From the NCBI GenBank assembly GCA_963662545.2, contig CAXXLL010000002.1:2527135-2591134 (forward strand): a stretch of 64,000 nt of DNA, written 5' to 3'. Below the pieces are notes generated by a model that worked only from the letters and a program-made list of their open reading frames with translations, searched no databases and was not told the DNA's origin. Source of the stretch: Gammaproteobacteria bacterium. Its GTDB lineage: Bacteria > Pseudomonadota > Gammaproteobacteria > Ga0077536. Below are positions 42,793-53,083 of this stretch, one piece after another; the stretch's first letter is position 1, and every line of letters begins with the position of its first letter. The translations under genes and the position numbers were made by a program.

Positions 42793-43470
42793 TTAGTACG
42801 ACTCTTCCGTTTCAAGTTCGGAAAAGCTGACCGCGAGTATCTCGCGTATAGAGGTTGCCTTGTTTTCTGCTTGCTCGACGACCAGCAGCTTTTGCGATTC
42901 AAGCAGTCCTGCCGGGATCACCATGCGTCCGCCTGGAGCAAGCTGGTTGAGTAGCGGCGGTGGGATTAGGTCTGGGGCAGCAGTGACTAGGATGCGATCG
43001 TATGGCGCGTGCTCCGGCAACCCGCATGATCCGTCCCCGATTTCGAGTGTGATCTTCTTCGAGTAACCGTGCCGTTCGAGCCGTGAGCGCGCTTGCACCG
43101 CAAGTTCTTTGATGATCTCGATGCTGTAGACGTTATTACAGAGCTCCGCAAGGATCGCCGTTTGGTAGCCTAACCCGGTGCCAATCTCAAGCACTCGGTG
43201 CTCCGATTCGACCCCAGGCAGATCAGTCATCAGAGCGACCATAAATGGTTGCGAGATAGTCTTGTCGTAGCCAATGGGAAGCGGAGTATCTTCGTAGGCG
43301 TAGAGCTGCAACTCCACAGGCACATATTCGTGCCGCGGCACCGCGCTCATTGCGCTCATTACTGACGTTGAGAAGGCAGGCCGTCCAGTGTGCTCAGCGG
43401 CAAAGTATGCGTGTGTTGCGATCGCATTGAGCATTTGCTGCCGCTCCGCTTCGAGGTAATTGCCTTCCAT
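42793..43470 (-). CDS. pcm: Protein-L-isoaspartate O-methyltransferase
   Basis: VPRHEYVP, TISQPFMVA, VLEIGTGLGYQTA, APYDRILVTAA. Confidence 0.93.
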   Translation of the reverse strand: MEGNYLEAERQQMLNAIATHAYFAAEHTGRPAFSTSVMSAMSAVPRHEYVPVELQLYAYEDTPLPIGYDKTISQPFMVALMTDLPGVESEHRVLEIGTGLGYQTAILAELCNNVYSIEIIKELAVQARSRLERHGYSKKITLEIGDGSCGLPEHAPYDRILVTAAPDLIPPPLLNQLAPGGRMVIPAGLLESQKLLVVEQAENKATSIREILAVSFSELETEESY

Positions 43471-43822
43471 CCTCGCCTACGGCACAACGCTTCGCTGATA
43501 CCCTTCTTTAGCGCACATACACTATTCACTTGGCGGTCGTATTACAGTTAATTTTAGGCGGCCTTCAAGCAGCTTTCCTATGCGGTCTTGTTGATGGTTA
43601 ATGAAGACTGTCGCTTTCGTCCCGAAACTCCGGCGCTTCCACCGCCTCCTTAATCCGCGCCCGCCAGCTCGCCCACGGTCCTGTCGGCGGCTTCCATGAG
43701 GCTTTCGGGTGCTTTCTCGTCGCTCCGTGTCACGCTAATGAAGGCTGCTATGACTTCGGTGGCGTCGTCCAGCGTTTTATACAAGTCGTGAAAGCCGGGT
43801 AGACCCGTTTCGTGCTTTTCAG

Positions 43823-44182
43823 TCATGAGGCTAGGTATTCAGTGCAGGGGAAGGCTTCCATGAGCGCATTGAGCACCAAGCTGCCGCCGCTCAGATGTAA
43901 CTTTGCTGGATGCGCTTCAAGGTACTTCACGACGACGAGCCTGAGCTGATCTTGCGTTACCTCGTCTGGCGAACAAAATTTCTGAGGTAAGTCGCCCCAT
44001 TCCACCCAGACGTTATGGGTATCATAAGCCGACGCTATGTAGCCGTGGCAGTATATGAATTTCATGCCTCGGGGAGTCTCAGCGCAGTCCGATAACATTT
44101 CGTTGCCGGTAATGAAAGACTCCACTGCTGCCCCCGCATTCCCAGAAACACACAGCAAAGCAATAAGCAAAAACTTCTTCAC
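43823..44182 (-). CDS. Rap1a/Tai-family immunity-like secreted protein
   Basis: Signal peptide, TGNEM..DC, C.GYI, FC.P, VVVKYLE.HP..LH, AFPC. Confidence 0.78.
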   Translation of the reverse strand: MKKFLLIALLCVSGNAGAAVESFITGNEMLSDCAETPRGMKFIYCHGYIASAYDTHNVWVEWGDLPQKFCSPDEVTQDQLRLVVVKYLEAHPAKLHLSGGSLVLNALMEAFPCTEYLAS

Positions 44183-44337
44183 CGGACACCCCCTCGCGCA
44201 TACCTACGGCAAGAATACGGCAAGAGAGGAGTTTATCGGGTCACTCTGAAAATTCGGCCTCCTGTATTACGTTCTAAGCGACGTTCTCGATCTGACCCAT
44301 ACCGTAGCATCCCCTTGTTCTGGCCCTGGGTTACTAT

Positions 44338-44538
44338 TTGGGCGGGATGAACATAAAACGCGGTTTCAAGCGGCTGCTCATCGCTCTGACAGTGATTTGG
44401 CTTGGGTTGGGATTGATGTATTGGATCGACAGGCCGTCGTATTTTATTGAACACCATTTCGCCCTCTTCATAGAAACGACGGTGACCGCATGGGTGCTGT
44501 TCTACCTTTTGCAGTTGCTTATCCCCGATGACGACTGA
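44338..44538 (+). CDS. Small two-TM hypothetical protein
   Basis: NIKRGFKRL followed by two hydrophobic stretches. Confidence 0.45.
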   Translation: MGGMNIKRGFKRLLIALTVIWLGLGLMYWIDRPSYFIEHHFALFIETTVTAWVLFYLLQLLIPDDD

Positions 44539-44896
44539 TAAAAGCATCCAGAAGCTGGTCGATGCCGCGCTCGCTATCGAAGCGATGGCAGCCTAGATCT
44601 ATGTGTTGAGCAATGGCGTAGGCCATGTAGCCCTCAGAGAGGCTGTGGACGCGCCTGAGTTGGCTGGGACGGGCAAACGCGACATACATTAAGAGGCCTT
44701 GGTGGGTGCAAGGGTGTGGGATGACTTCTTGGCAGAGTTTTGTAAGGTCGAGTTTCTAAGTAATAAACGAGAGCTAAATTGGCTTGGGTGCTTTGTTTGG
44801 GGGTGGGCGTCTACCGTATTGGCGCGTGGCGAGTGTCACGGGAATCGCGTCCCAAGGTGGAACGAAACTGATTAGTGATATACAGGGTGGACGGCC

Positions 44897-45210
44897 CTAC
44901 CTTGGAATTGAAGCTATAGAAGGCATTTGCTCCCATACCGCTCCGTCGAGAATGTGCCCATTTGCTTTCTTCGAGCGGCGAACTCCATCGGGGCCATGAG
45001 TACCCCATTGCTTGAAGAAAAACTCGACCCTGTCGCGCCTGCATTGCTCTTTGACAGCTCGCACCCATTCAGGCTGCATCGGACGGGCTTTGTGTCCCGA
45101 TTCTCCCTCAACTATGACCCAAGAAATACCTGCGAAATCGATTGGCCCTAAATCCTCCACCAGAGGTTCGACGGACAAGAATCGTATCGACGCTTCGACT
45201 CGCGCTAATA
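44897..45210 (-). pseudogene. Phage Gp37/Gp68 (DUF5131) C-terminal fragment
   Basis: RFLSVEPL, WVIVEGESG..ARPM..EWV, FFFKQWG; abuts an orphan IS end (aattcgccacccaca, ~45217-45231). Confidence 0.8.
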
Positions 45211-45312
45211 TTTACTAATTCGCCACCCACAGGTTCTGCAAAGTCCATTCACTTCGTGATTCATAGCCGGAAGTTAAACGATCCGTGTAATTACGGGCGA
45301 GTCGAAATCTGT

Positions 45313-46278
45313 CTACACGAATATCGATTTCGGCATGTGGTAGGTCACGTGGCTCGCATGCCCGTCGCCGAGCACCGGTACGGCGATCTTCAAGTCGCCC
45401 GCGATGCTGCAGATCATGTAAGCATCTGCGCGATCAATCCCGCGGGTCCGTTCCAGCGTGTCGATCATGAGCCGTACCGCATCTTCCACGCTCGTGTGCA
45501 AATCGGGACCCGTGCCACAGGTGACGTAGTGGCCCAAGCCGTCAACCTTGCTGGTCGTCGGACCGCTGGTCTCGAAGCGCGCCGCGGGGATCTCCATCCC
45601 TTTGATCAAGCTGAAGCGCATGGTCACATCCAAGGGGGCTTCGATCGCGATGCCGGCTACTTCCCCATCGCCTTGCGCGAGGTGACCGTCGCCGGTTGAA
45701 AACAGGGCGCCCGGTACTTTGACCGGGAAATACACCGTGCAGCCCTTGCCCGTGTGGCGGCAATCCATGTTGCCGCCGTGTATCGTCGGCGGCATCGTCG
45801 GATGCGGTCCGGGTTCCGCCCAGGCGACGCCCATCTCACCCATGAACGGTTCAATCGGCACCTTAACGCCCGGAATAGCAGAAGTGGCGCAGCCCTCCTC
45901 TCCCACCGTCCAGATGCGCACGGCTTTGGTGTCGCCGAACTCTGCGCGCAACAGACCGAAATTTGGAATGACCGAGGTCCAGCCCCAACCGTGATGCCCC
46001 AATTCCAATATTTCGACTTTCAAAGTATCGCCAGGTACGGCGCCGCGCATCTCCACGGGGCCGGTCAAAGCATGGACTCGATCCCAATCGAGATCGTCCA
46101 GGACGGCGACGGTCGAGTCCTGCGTGAACTGTCCATCGCAGGCCTCCCGGCACACCATCGTCACGATGTCGCCGCTATCGATGCTGAGGGCGGGTGGGAT
46201 TGAATTGTCGTAGCGGTAGTGAATCGTCTCGTTCAGGAAATGGACCGTTCCTGGCAGTGGGCTCAAGCGGGTGGACAT
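45313..46278 (-). CDS. Acetamidase/formamidase family protein
   Basis: HALTGPV..GAVPGD.L, HGGNMD, GDGHLAQGDGEV. Confidence 0.93.
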   Translation of the reverse strand: MSTRLSPLPGTVHFLNETIHYRYDNSIPPALSIDSGDIVTMVCREACDGQFTQDSTVAVLDDLDWDRVHALTGPVEMRGAVPGDTLKVEILELGHHGWGWTSVIPNFGLLRAEFGDTKAVRIWTVGEEGCATSAIPGVKVPIEPFMGEMGVAWAEPGPHPTMPPTIHGGNMDCRHTGKGCTVYFPVKVPGALFSTGDGHLAQGDGEVAGIAIEAPLDVTMRFSLIKGMEIPAARFETSGPTTSKVDGLGHYVTCGTGPDLHTSVEDAVRLMIDTLERTRGIDRADAYMICSIAGDLKIAVPVLGDGHASHVTYHMPKSIFV

Positions 46279-46352
46279 GGCAATCCCCTCCTGCGAATGG
46301 GTCATTATTGTAATCGATGATTGTCGGCGACGGGCTTGGGGCCGTCAATTCG

Positions 46353-46500
46353 TCACAATCGTATATCGCGAATAGCACCTAGTACGCGATGCGGTAAGGC
46401 GGGGACGTGGTAGATCCATACGCCGGTGGCATGGTGAATGGCGTTCAAGATCGCGGCCGGCGTCGGTATCAGGGCGGGCTCGCCCACGCCTTTGGCGCCG
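46353..46500 (-). pseudogene. Xanthine dehydrogenase-family Mo-subunit C-terminal fragment
   Basis: FGAKGVGEP......AAILNAIHHATGV; begins at the edge of R3. Confidence 0.8.
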
Positions 46501-46511
46501 AACGCTACTGG

Positions 46512-46761
46512 ATGTCTGCTATGGAGGGTATTGCAGACGTAACTTTGAGCAGTGTTGCGGTAGCGCGATCCGGCGGCTATCGACCCAGACTGTGTGAAAA
46601 CTATTTTCATTTTTCAAAAGTGGGGGAACTACCCTCGAAATTGGATCTAATTGAAATGCCGATCCCTATTCGAGGGGCATAACAACTATGCTGGTGGGGA
46701 ATATTTTTATTTCGTCGTCGTATTTTTGAGTTTTCACACACTCTGGACCCATTCCGGACAT
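46512..46761 (+). repeat. Composite repeat R3 (unit B interrupted by MITE)
   Basis: atgtctgctatggagggtattgcagacgt-31nt-ggcggctatcGACC[MITE]GACCcattccggacat. Confidence 0.88.
46586..46745. mobile_element. 160-bp IS1182-type MITE, copy 1
   Basis: cagactgtgtgaaaact / agttttcacacactctg, GACC duplication. Confidence 0.92.
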
Positions 46762-46839
46762 CAGTGTGGAGCTTGATTGCAGTCGGACCGGAGCGGTGGC
46801 GAAGGAAGGGCGTGGTCAAGTATCGGCTGGAGAGCGGGG

Positions 46840-47328
46840 CTAGGCGTCACGGTTGAGTGCTTCATTAACAATCTCTGCGAAGGCAGGAACAATGTGGATA
46901 TTGGTGGACTCCCACCAAGCCTTGCCTCCAGAGCGTCCAATCCATTGCCTGATTAAGTCAGTTAATGCGCTTTCCCAGATTTCTTTGGCGAGCACCCCGT
47001 CATTATATCTTGACCAGGTGAGAAGGAATGTCCAGACAATATCCCACATGAAGCTATCGAATCGAATTCGCTCAGTTTTGTTCAGTTGATCGTAATTGTC
47101 GAGTCCCTTCTCTACCAGATCAGCGATTGCTCCATCGGACGCAATGAAGAATCGGTGGCGAGAATGCATTTCGAAGAGCTGTCCCAAGCCAGATTGCCGA
47201 ATATCAGCGGAACTCTCTTTCATTTGACGAGTGTTCTGCCGAAGTTGAATTGCCAAATAGATAAGAGTCACGATAACGGCGATGGACGCAATAAAGTCAC
47301 CCAGATTCCCTAATTCTTCTAATGTCAT
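46840..47328 (-). CDS. Family-X protein (N-terminal TM anchor), cassette-like
   Basis: LGNLGDFIASIAVIVTLIYLAIQLRQNT...GGKAWW; GTTAGGC upstream (47348-54), attC-like tail downstream. Confidence 0.8.
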   Translation of the reverse strand: MTLEELGNLGDFIASIAVIVTLIYLAIQLRQNTRQMKESSADIRQSGLGQLFEMHSRHRFFIASDGAIADLVEKGLDNYDQLNKTERIRFDSFMWDIVWTFLLTWSRYNDGVLAKEIWESALTDLIRQWIGRSGGKAWWESTNIHIVPAFAEIVNEALNRDA

Positions 47329-47427
47329 TGGTAAATGGTTCCGCGACGCCTAACTATTATTGGACGGCCTAAAAGCCGAAATTAAAAACGACTTTTACGC
47401 CTGAATAATAAATTCGATTGCAAATTA

Positions 47428-47559
47428 TCAAGTATTTTGGCCGTAGGCGGAAGTCAGCGCCAGCAATGATATCCAGGCATTTTGGATGACTGCTTCCGAG
47501 AGTATTGCAGACGTAATCCTTGCCAGTGCTGCGCTGCAGCGATTAGGCAGCTAACGACC
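47428..47559 (+). repeat. Composite repeat R4 (right arm resumes at 49245-49260)
   Basis: ttggccgtaggcggaagt-33nt-gactgcttccgagagtattgcagacgt-31nt-ggcagctaacGACC. Confidence 0.88.
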
Positions 47560-49244
47560 CAGAGTGTGTGAAAACTCGGAATGAAGAGGAATCACGTCGA
47601 GAACTCCTCGTCAGACGCAACGCGGCGCGGTTACGACGGCCGCGCTCGCGGTCCAATGCGATCGGTTAGTTAATGGAACATTCCTTAGAACGGCCCCAGA
47701 AGCCGGCAGTGAAGCCGTGGATCAGGGAGTTTTCGAGGCCACAGAGGGTCTCATGCCGTCATCGCTTCGATGAGCGTAGCGACACCCAGTAGATTCATCA
47801 CGCGTTTCATGTTGTAAGCGAGCACGTGCAGACTCATTTCCGTACCAACGTGTTTCAGCGTGCGCATCTGGAAGTGGGTCGAACCCATCCAGGATTTGAT
47901 CGTGCCAAATGGATGCTCGACCGTCTCTCGGCGGACACGCATAGGGTCAGGTTCACGATCCAATCGCGCCTGCACCGCTTCAACAACCGCTTCATGTTCC
48001 CAACGGCTGACGCGCCGGTATCGACCCGTTGTGCATTTAGATTTGATCGGGCAGCGGGGACACGCCGAACTCCAGTAGCGCCGGATCTGCTTGCCTTTCT
48101 CCACTCGGGTGAACCGGTAAATCAGTCGCTCACCGGCCGGGCATTCATACGCATCCTCTTCGGGTTGGTAAATGAAGTCGCGCTTGCCAAACAAGCCCTT
48201 CGCCTGGTTACCCGAGGTCTGCGGTTTCGGCAGATAGGTCGTGATGCCGGCTTTAGCGCACGCCAAGATCTCTTCGCCACTGAAGTACCCGCGATCCGCA
48301 ACGACGGTCAACTCCTTCTTATCCAGCGCCTCTTTGGCTTTCTCCGACATGTTCGACAGTTGCGCCCGGTCATGACCTACGTTCGTCACTTCATGTGCCA
48401 CAATCAGATGACTCTTCGTGTCGACCGCCGTCTGCACGTTGTACCCCACCATGCCGCTGCCACGGCCGCTCGTCGCCATCGAGCGCGCGTCCGGGTCCGT
48501 CAGTGAGACCTGATGGTCCGGCGTCTCCTCGAGCCGTACCTCGAGCTTTTTTAGGCGGCCTATCTCTTCCTTCAGTACCTCGATCTTGTCCTTCAAACGC
48601 TGCGACTTGTCACCTGACACCGCACGCTCCTGGCGGTCGGCACTTGCAATTTCCGCCAGGTACCGCTCAACGCTCTCGTCAATCTGCTGCAACCGACGTT
48701 TCAGCTTCGCCTTCGTGAAGTTCCGGTCACGGTTGTTTACCGCTTTGAACTTGCTGCCATCTATCGCCACGAAGGCTTCCGAAAACAGCTGCAGCTTACG
48801 GCACAGCATCACGAACTCCCGGCATACCAGACGAATGGCGTCACCGTTATCTTTGCGGAAATCGGCAATGGTCTTGAAATCAGGCGCCAGACGACCCGTC
48901 AGCCACATCAGTTCCACGTTCCGCTGCGCCTCCCGTTCCAGGCGACGGCTCGATTGAACCCGGTTCAGGTAACCGTAGATATAGAGCTTCAGCATCGTCG
49001 CCGGGTGATACCCCGGTCGACCCGTCTCATGCGCATCGGTTCTGAAACTCAGACCTGACAGATCCAACTCATCGACGAACACATCGATGACCCGCACCGC
49101 ACTCTCCTCAGCGACATAATCGTCCAGACACTCGGGAAACAGCGTTGTTTGGCGGCGGTCCGCGCCTTCAATGAACCCGCTCATCAACGACTCCCCAGGA
49201 CCGAAAGAGTGATCTTATCTGATGCAGAGTTTTCACACACTCTG
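47560..49244 (-). mobile_element. IS1182-family element copy 1 (1685 bp)
   Basis: Inverted repeats cagagtgtgtgaaaactc / gagttttcacacactctg, GACC duplication. Confidence 0.95.
47751..49187 (-). CDS. IS1182 transposase
   Basis: GRPGYHP, SSRRLER, PDFKTIADFR, IDGSK, TDPDAR, ADRGY, VEHPFGTIK. Confidence 0.95.
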   Translation of the reverse strand: MMSGFIEGADRRQTTLFPECLDDYVAEESAVRVIDVFVDELDLSGLSFRTDAHETGRPGYHPATMLKLYIYGYLNRVQSSRRLEREAQRNVELMWLTGRLAPDFKTIADFRKDNGDAIRLVCREFVMLCRKLQLFSEAFVAIDGSKFKAVNNRDRNFTKAKLKRRLQQIDESVERYLAEIASADRQERAVSGDKSQRLKDKIEVLKEEIGRLKKLEVRLEETPDHQVSLTDPDARSMATSGRGSGMVGYNVQTAVDTKSHLIVAHEVTNVGHDRAQLSNMSEKAKEALDKKELTVVADRGYFSGEEILACAKAGITTYLPKPQTSGNQAKGLFGKRDFIYQPEEDAYECPAGERLIYRFTRVEKGKQIRRYWSSACPRCPIKSKCTTGRYRRVSRWEHEAVVEAVQARLDREPDPMRVRRETVEHPFGTIKSWMGSTHFQMRTLKHVGTEMSLHVLAYNMKRVMNLLGVATLIEAMTA

Positions 49245-49348
49245 GACCCTTTGCGGTCATCCTCGACCCAAACCGGAAATGTCAGTGGTGTACCTTTACA
49301 TACGTTAGTTCGCTTCCCCGGATTCGGCTCCACACGCTGGCTACAAAG

Positions 49349-49867
49349 TTAAGATATCTTCTGAGTGCCTGTCCCAATCGTCGTAGTTTGGGATAGCTCG
49401 ACTCTTCCGACCGACTCGACACAGTCGAGAAACGACTTTGTGTAAATAGGCAGCGTCGATTCATCTGCCCACCACTCGGCAGATGCAGGGAATTGCACGA
49501 GGCCACTAAACGAAGTCAGGCGGGCCTCCCAAACTTCTGGGTCGAGCAAATTCGCCTTATATTGAAAATATTGTGCTTCCACCTGCTGTGCGAAAGCACG
49601 AAACGCGAAAGTAATGGCAGTCCTTTCCTTGTCACTGAAATTATCCAACTTTTCATTTGGATCGAATATACGAACTATCGTGTCTCTGTCCTGATGTTCG
49701 GAAATGATCAAGTTGTATCGTGACCATTCCATCTGGGACTTGGTGCCCGCATCAGCGCGCATCGTGCGAGTGTTCGAGCGAACTTCGTACGCAAGGTAGA
49801 GCACCGATAATATTACGCCGAGAGCACCCAAACTCTCGGCCGTAGCACTAATCGCCTCGAAATTCAT
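49349..49867 (-). CDS. Family-X protein (N-terminal TM anchor)
   Basis: AESLGALGVILSVLYLAYEVRSNT...LLDPEVW...EWW; GTTAGAT directly before the ATG. Confidence 0.8.
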   Translation of the reverse strand: MNFEAISATAESLGALGVILSVLYLAYEVRSNTRTMRADAGTKSQMEWSRYNLIISEHQDRDTIVRIFDPNEKLDNFSDKERTAITFAFRAFAQQVEAQYFQYKANLLDPEVWEARLTSFSGLVQFPASAEWWADESTLPIYTKSFLDCVESVGRVELSQTTTIGTGTQKIS

Positions 49868-49908
49868 ATCTAACACCTCCCGTCTGTAAACGAACACGTA
49901 GGATAGCG

Positions 49909-50158
49909 ACGACCGCTATGGAGAGTACTGCAGACGTGATCTGGAACAGTGCTGCACCGCAGCGAGGGGGCCGCTAACGACCCAGACTGTGTGAAAACTA
50001 TTTTCATTTTTCAAAAGTGGGGGAACTACCCTCGAAATTGGATCTAATTGAAATGCCGATCCCTATTCGAGGGGCATAACAACTATGCTGGTGGGGAATA
50101 TTTTTATTTCGTCGTCGTATTTTTGAGTTTTCACACAGTCTGGACCCATAGCGGTCAT
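49909..50158 (+). repeat. Composite repeat R5 (unit B interrupted by MITE)
   Basis: acgaccgctatggagagtactgcagacgt-31nt-ggccgctaacGACC[MITE]GACCcatagcggtcat. Confidence 0.88.
49983..50142. mobile_element. 160-bp IS1182-type MITE, copy 2
   Basis: Interior matches copy 1; GACC duplication. Confidence 0.92.
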
Positions 50159-50285
50159 CGCCGATCTGGACGAAAATCTAGTTATCCTTGCTGTTTTGAT
50201 TCGTTACCGACGGTGACGCTTTGTCGAATAATCGGGACGCGCATACTATGATTGTAGGGTCTATGCGCGATAGGACGACCACACC

Positions 50286-50945
50286 ATGTACAGCCGAATA
50301 GCTCCAAACAAGCCCCTCGTTGACGACGCTATCATCCTGTGCCTCGACATGATCAATGATTTCCTGCTAGAGGGCGAGCCTTTCGTGATTGACGAAGGCC
50401 GCGATATGTACGGCAAGATGGGGCAATTGCTCAAGTTCGCGCGCGACCACAAGATCCCGATCGCGCACGGCGTCTCAACCGACATGAGAGGTACGTTGCT
50501 CGATCGATGGGGGCCGATTTACGACGGCGTTGCACTGAATTCAGGAACCAAGGGCGTTGAACTCGTCGACGAATTGAAGCCCGACGCCTTCAACGAATAC
50601 GAGGTCTACATTCCGAAACCGAAGTACAGCCTCTTCTGGAACACCAAGCTCGACGTCGTCATGAACAACCCGCCTTTCCGCGGACGTAACACTTGCATCG
50701 TCATCGGTATGGCGACGAACTTCTGCTGCATGACGACCTCGATCGACGCATTCAACCGTGACTACGATGTGATCTTCGTTGACGATCTGAATTGTACTTT
50801 CGATACCGACGACGGCACACCGGCGGCCATGATCCACAAGTACACTGTCGAGACCCTCAAGCAAGGTTATATCTCGGAGCTCTTGACCGCGGACGAACTG
50901 ATGGCGCGGTTGAATCAAGGCACCGAAGCCCGCTCCGCCGCATAG
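50286..50945 (+). CDS. Isochorismatase-family cysteine hydrolase
   Basis: LDMINDF, KPKYSLF..TKLD, GMATNFCC..T..DAFNRDY. Confidence 0.9.
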   Translation: MYSRIAPNKPLVDDAIILCLDMINDFLLEGEPFVIDEGRDMYGKMGQLLKFARDHKIPIAHGVSTDMRGTLLDRWGPIYDGVALNSGTKGVELVDELKPDAFNEYEVYIPKPKYSLFWNTKLDVVMNNPPFRGRNTCIVIGMATNFCCMTTSIDAFNRDYDVIFVDDLNCTFDTDDGTPAAMIHKYTVETLKQGYISELLTADELMARLNQGTEARSAA

Positions 50946-50989
50946 TAATCCGTACTCTGGAAACAGGTATTTAAATCTCGGGGCCTTCT

Positions 50990-51240
50990 CGAACCCCTTC
51001 AATCAAATGACGCTCTCGAGCCAGTGCCGGCTCCTTGGCATCGAGCATTGCACATCGGGGATCATCCGGCGTACCCACCGTTATGGAGATCTGACCAGGA
51101 TACCCCGTCGTGGTTTCCGATATTGGGGTTCCGCAGGTTCTGTAGAACGCTCGGTTTCTAATGTTTCCGACATCGGTTCGCTTGTCGAAGAATTTCAGTT
51201 CAACGGTCATTTAGACGTCGCTTTTGAGATAGAACATCGT
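50990..51240 (-). pseudogene. GFA-family protein fragment
   Basis: RAFY.TCGTPI.....PG..I.VGT.DDP; no 5' part before R6. Confidence 0.6.
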
Positions 51241-51271
51241 AGTCAAGAACGCACTGCCCAAACGCTACAGA

Positions 51272-51345
51272 ACGACCGCTTACGAGCACATTGCAGACGT
51301 AATTCTTAGCAATGCTGCGCTGAGGCGACAGGGCAGCTAACGACC
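51272..51345 (+). repeat. Composite repeat R6 (right arm resumes at 53031-53046)
   Basis: acgaccgcttacgagcacattgcagacgt-31nt-ggcagctaacGACC. Confidence 0.88.
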
Positions 51346-53030
51346 CAGAGTGTGTGAAAACTCGGAATGAAGAGGAATCACGTCGAGAACTCCTCGTCAG
51401 ACGCAACGCGGCGCGGTTACGACGGCCGCGCTCGCGGTCCAATGCGATCGGTTAGTTAATGGAACATTCCTTAGAACGGCCCCAGAAGCCGGCAGTGAAG
51501 CCGTGGATCAGGGAGTTTTCGAGGCCACAGAGGGTCTCATGCCGTCATCGCTTCGATGAGCGTAGCGACACCCAGTAGATTCATCACGCGTTTCATGTTG
51601 TAAGCGAGCACGTGCAGACTCATTTCCGTACCAACGTGTTTCAGCGTGCGCATCTGGAAGTGGGTCGAACCCATCCAGGATTTGATCGTGCCAAATGGAT
51701 GCTCGACCGTCTCTCGGCGGACACGCATAGGGTCAGGTTCACGATCCAATCGCGCCTGCACCGCTTCAACAACCGCTTCATGTTCCCAACGGCTGACGCG
51801 CCGGTATCGACCCGTTGTGCATTTAGATTTGATCGGGCAGCGGGGACACGCCGAACTCCAGTAGCGCCGGATCTGCTTGCCTTTCTCCACTCGGGTGAAC
51901 CGGTAAATCAGTCGCTCACCGGCCGGGCATTCATACGCATCCTCTTCGGGTTGGTAAATGAAGTCGCGCTTGCCAAACAAGCCCTTCGCCTGGTTACCCG
52001 AGGTCTGCGGTTTCGGCAGATAGGTCGTGATGCCGGCTTTAGCGCACGCCAAGATCTCTTCGCCACTGAAGTACCCGCGATCCGCAACGACGGTCAACTC
52101 CTTCTTATCCAGCGCCTCTTTGGCTTTCTCCGACATGTTCGACAGTTGCGCCCGGTCATGACCTACGTTCGTCACTTCATGTGCCACAATCAGATGACTC
52201 TTCGTGTCGACCGCCGTCTGCACGTTGTACCCCACCATGCCGCTGCCACGGCCGCTCGTCGCCATCGAGCGCGCGTCCGGGTCCGTCAGTGAGACCTGAT
52301 GGTCCGGCGTCTCCTCGAGCCGTACCTCGAGCTTTTTTAGGCGGCCTATCTCTTCCTTCAGTACCTCGATCTTGTCCTTCAAACGCTGCGACTTGTCACC
52401 TGACACCGCACGCTCCTGGCGGTCGGCACTTGCAATTTCCGCCAGGTACCGCTCAACGCTCTCGTCAATCTGCTGCAACCGACGTTTCAGCTTCGCCTTC
52501 GTGAAGTTCCGGTCACGGTTGTTTACCGCTTTGAACTTGCTGCCATCTATCGCCACGAAGGCTTCCGAAAACAGCTGCAGCTTACGGCACAGCATCACGA
52601 ACTCCCGGCATACCAGACGAATGGCGTCACCGTTATCTTTGCGGAAATCGGCAATGGTCTTGAAATCAGGCGCCAGACGACCCGTCAGCCACATCAGTTC
52701 CACGTTCCGCTGCGCCTCCCGTTCCAGGCGACGGCTCGATTGAACCCGGTTCAGGTAACCGTAGATATAGAGCTTCAGCATCGTCGCCGGGTGATACCCC
52801 GGTCGACCCGTCTCATGCGCATCGGTTCTGAAACTCAGACCTGACAGATCCAACTCATCGACGAACACATCGATGACCCGCACCGCACTCTCCTCAGCGA
52901 CATAATCGTCCAGACACTCGGGAAACAGCGTTGTTTGGCGGCGGTCCGCGCCTTCAATGAACCCGCTCATCAACGACTCCCCAGGACCGAAAGAGTGATC
53001 TTATCTGATGCAGAGTTTTCACACACTCTG
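51346..53030 (-). mobile_element. IS1182-family element copy 2
   Basis: Same ends, length and protein as copy 1; GACC duplication. Confidence 0.95.
51537..52973 (-). CDS. IS1182 transposase
   Basis: Same 478-aa translation as copy 1. Confidence 0.95.
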   Translation of the reverse strand: MMSGFIEGADRRQTTLFPECLDDYVAEESAVRVIDVFVDELDLSGLSFRTDAHETGRPGYHPATMLKLYIYGYLNRVQSSRRLEREAQRNVELMWLTGRLAPDFKTIADFRKDNGDAIRLVCREFVMLCRKLQLFSEAFVAIDGSKFKAVNNRDRNFTKAKLKRRLQQIDESVERYLAEIASADRQERAVSGDKSQRLKDKIEVLKEEIGRLKKLEVRLEETPDHQVSLTDPDARSMATSGRGSGMVGYNVQTAVDTKSHLIVAHEVTNVGHDRAQLSNMSEKAKEALDKKELTVVADRGYFSGEEILACAKAGITTYLPKPQTSGNQAKGLFGKRDFIYQPEEDAYECPAGERLIYRFTRVEKGKQIRRYWSSACPRCPIKSKCTTGRYRRVSRWEHEAVVEAVQARLDREPDPMRVRRETVEHPFGTIKSWMGSTHFQMRTLKHVGTEMSLHVLAYNMKRVMNLLGVATLIEAMTA

Positions 53031-53083
53031 GACCCTAAGCAGACCTTGTAGGTTCTTGTACTCTGACCTCAAACCATTAGCAG

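Noticed and set aside
43607-43638. Possible lone repeat unit (gtcgctttcgtcccgaaactccggcg)
   Set aside because: Single and too degenerate to call without a model.
50048-50251. Repeated small ORF MKCRSLFEG... (also at 61067)
   Set aside because: Translation of the MITE interior.
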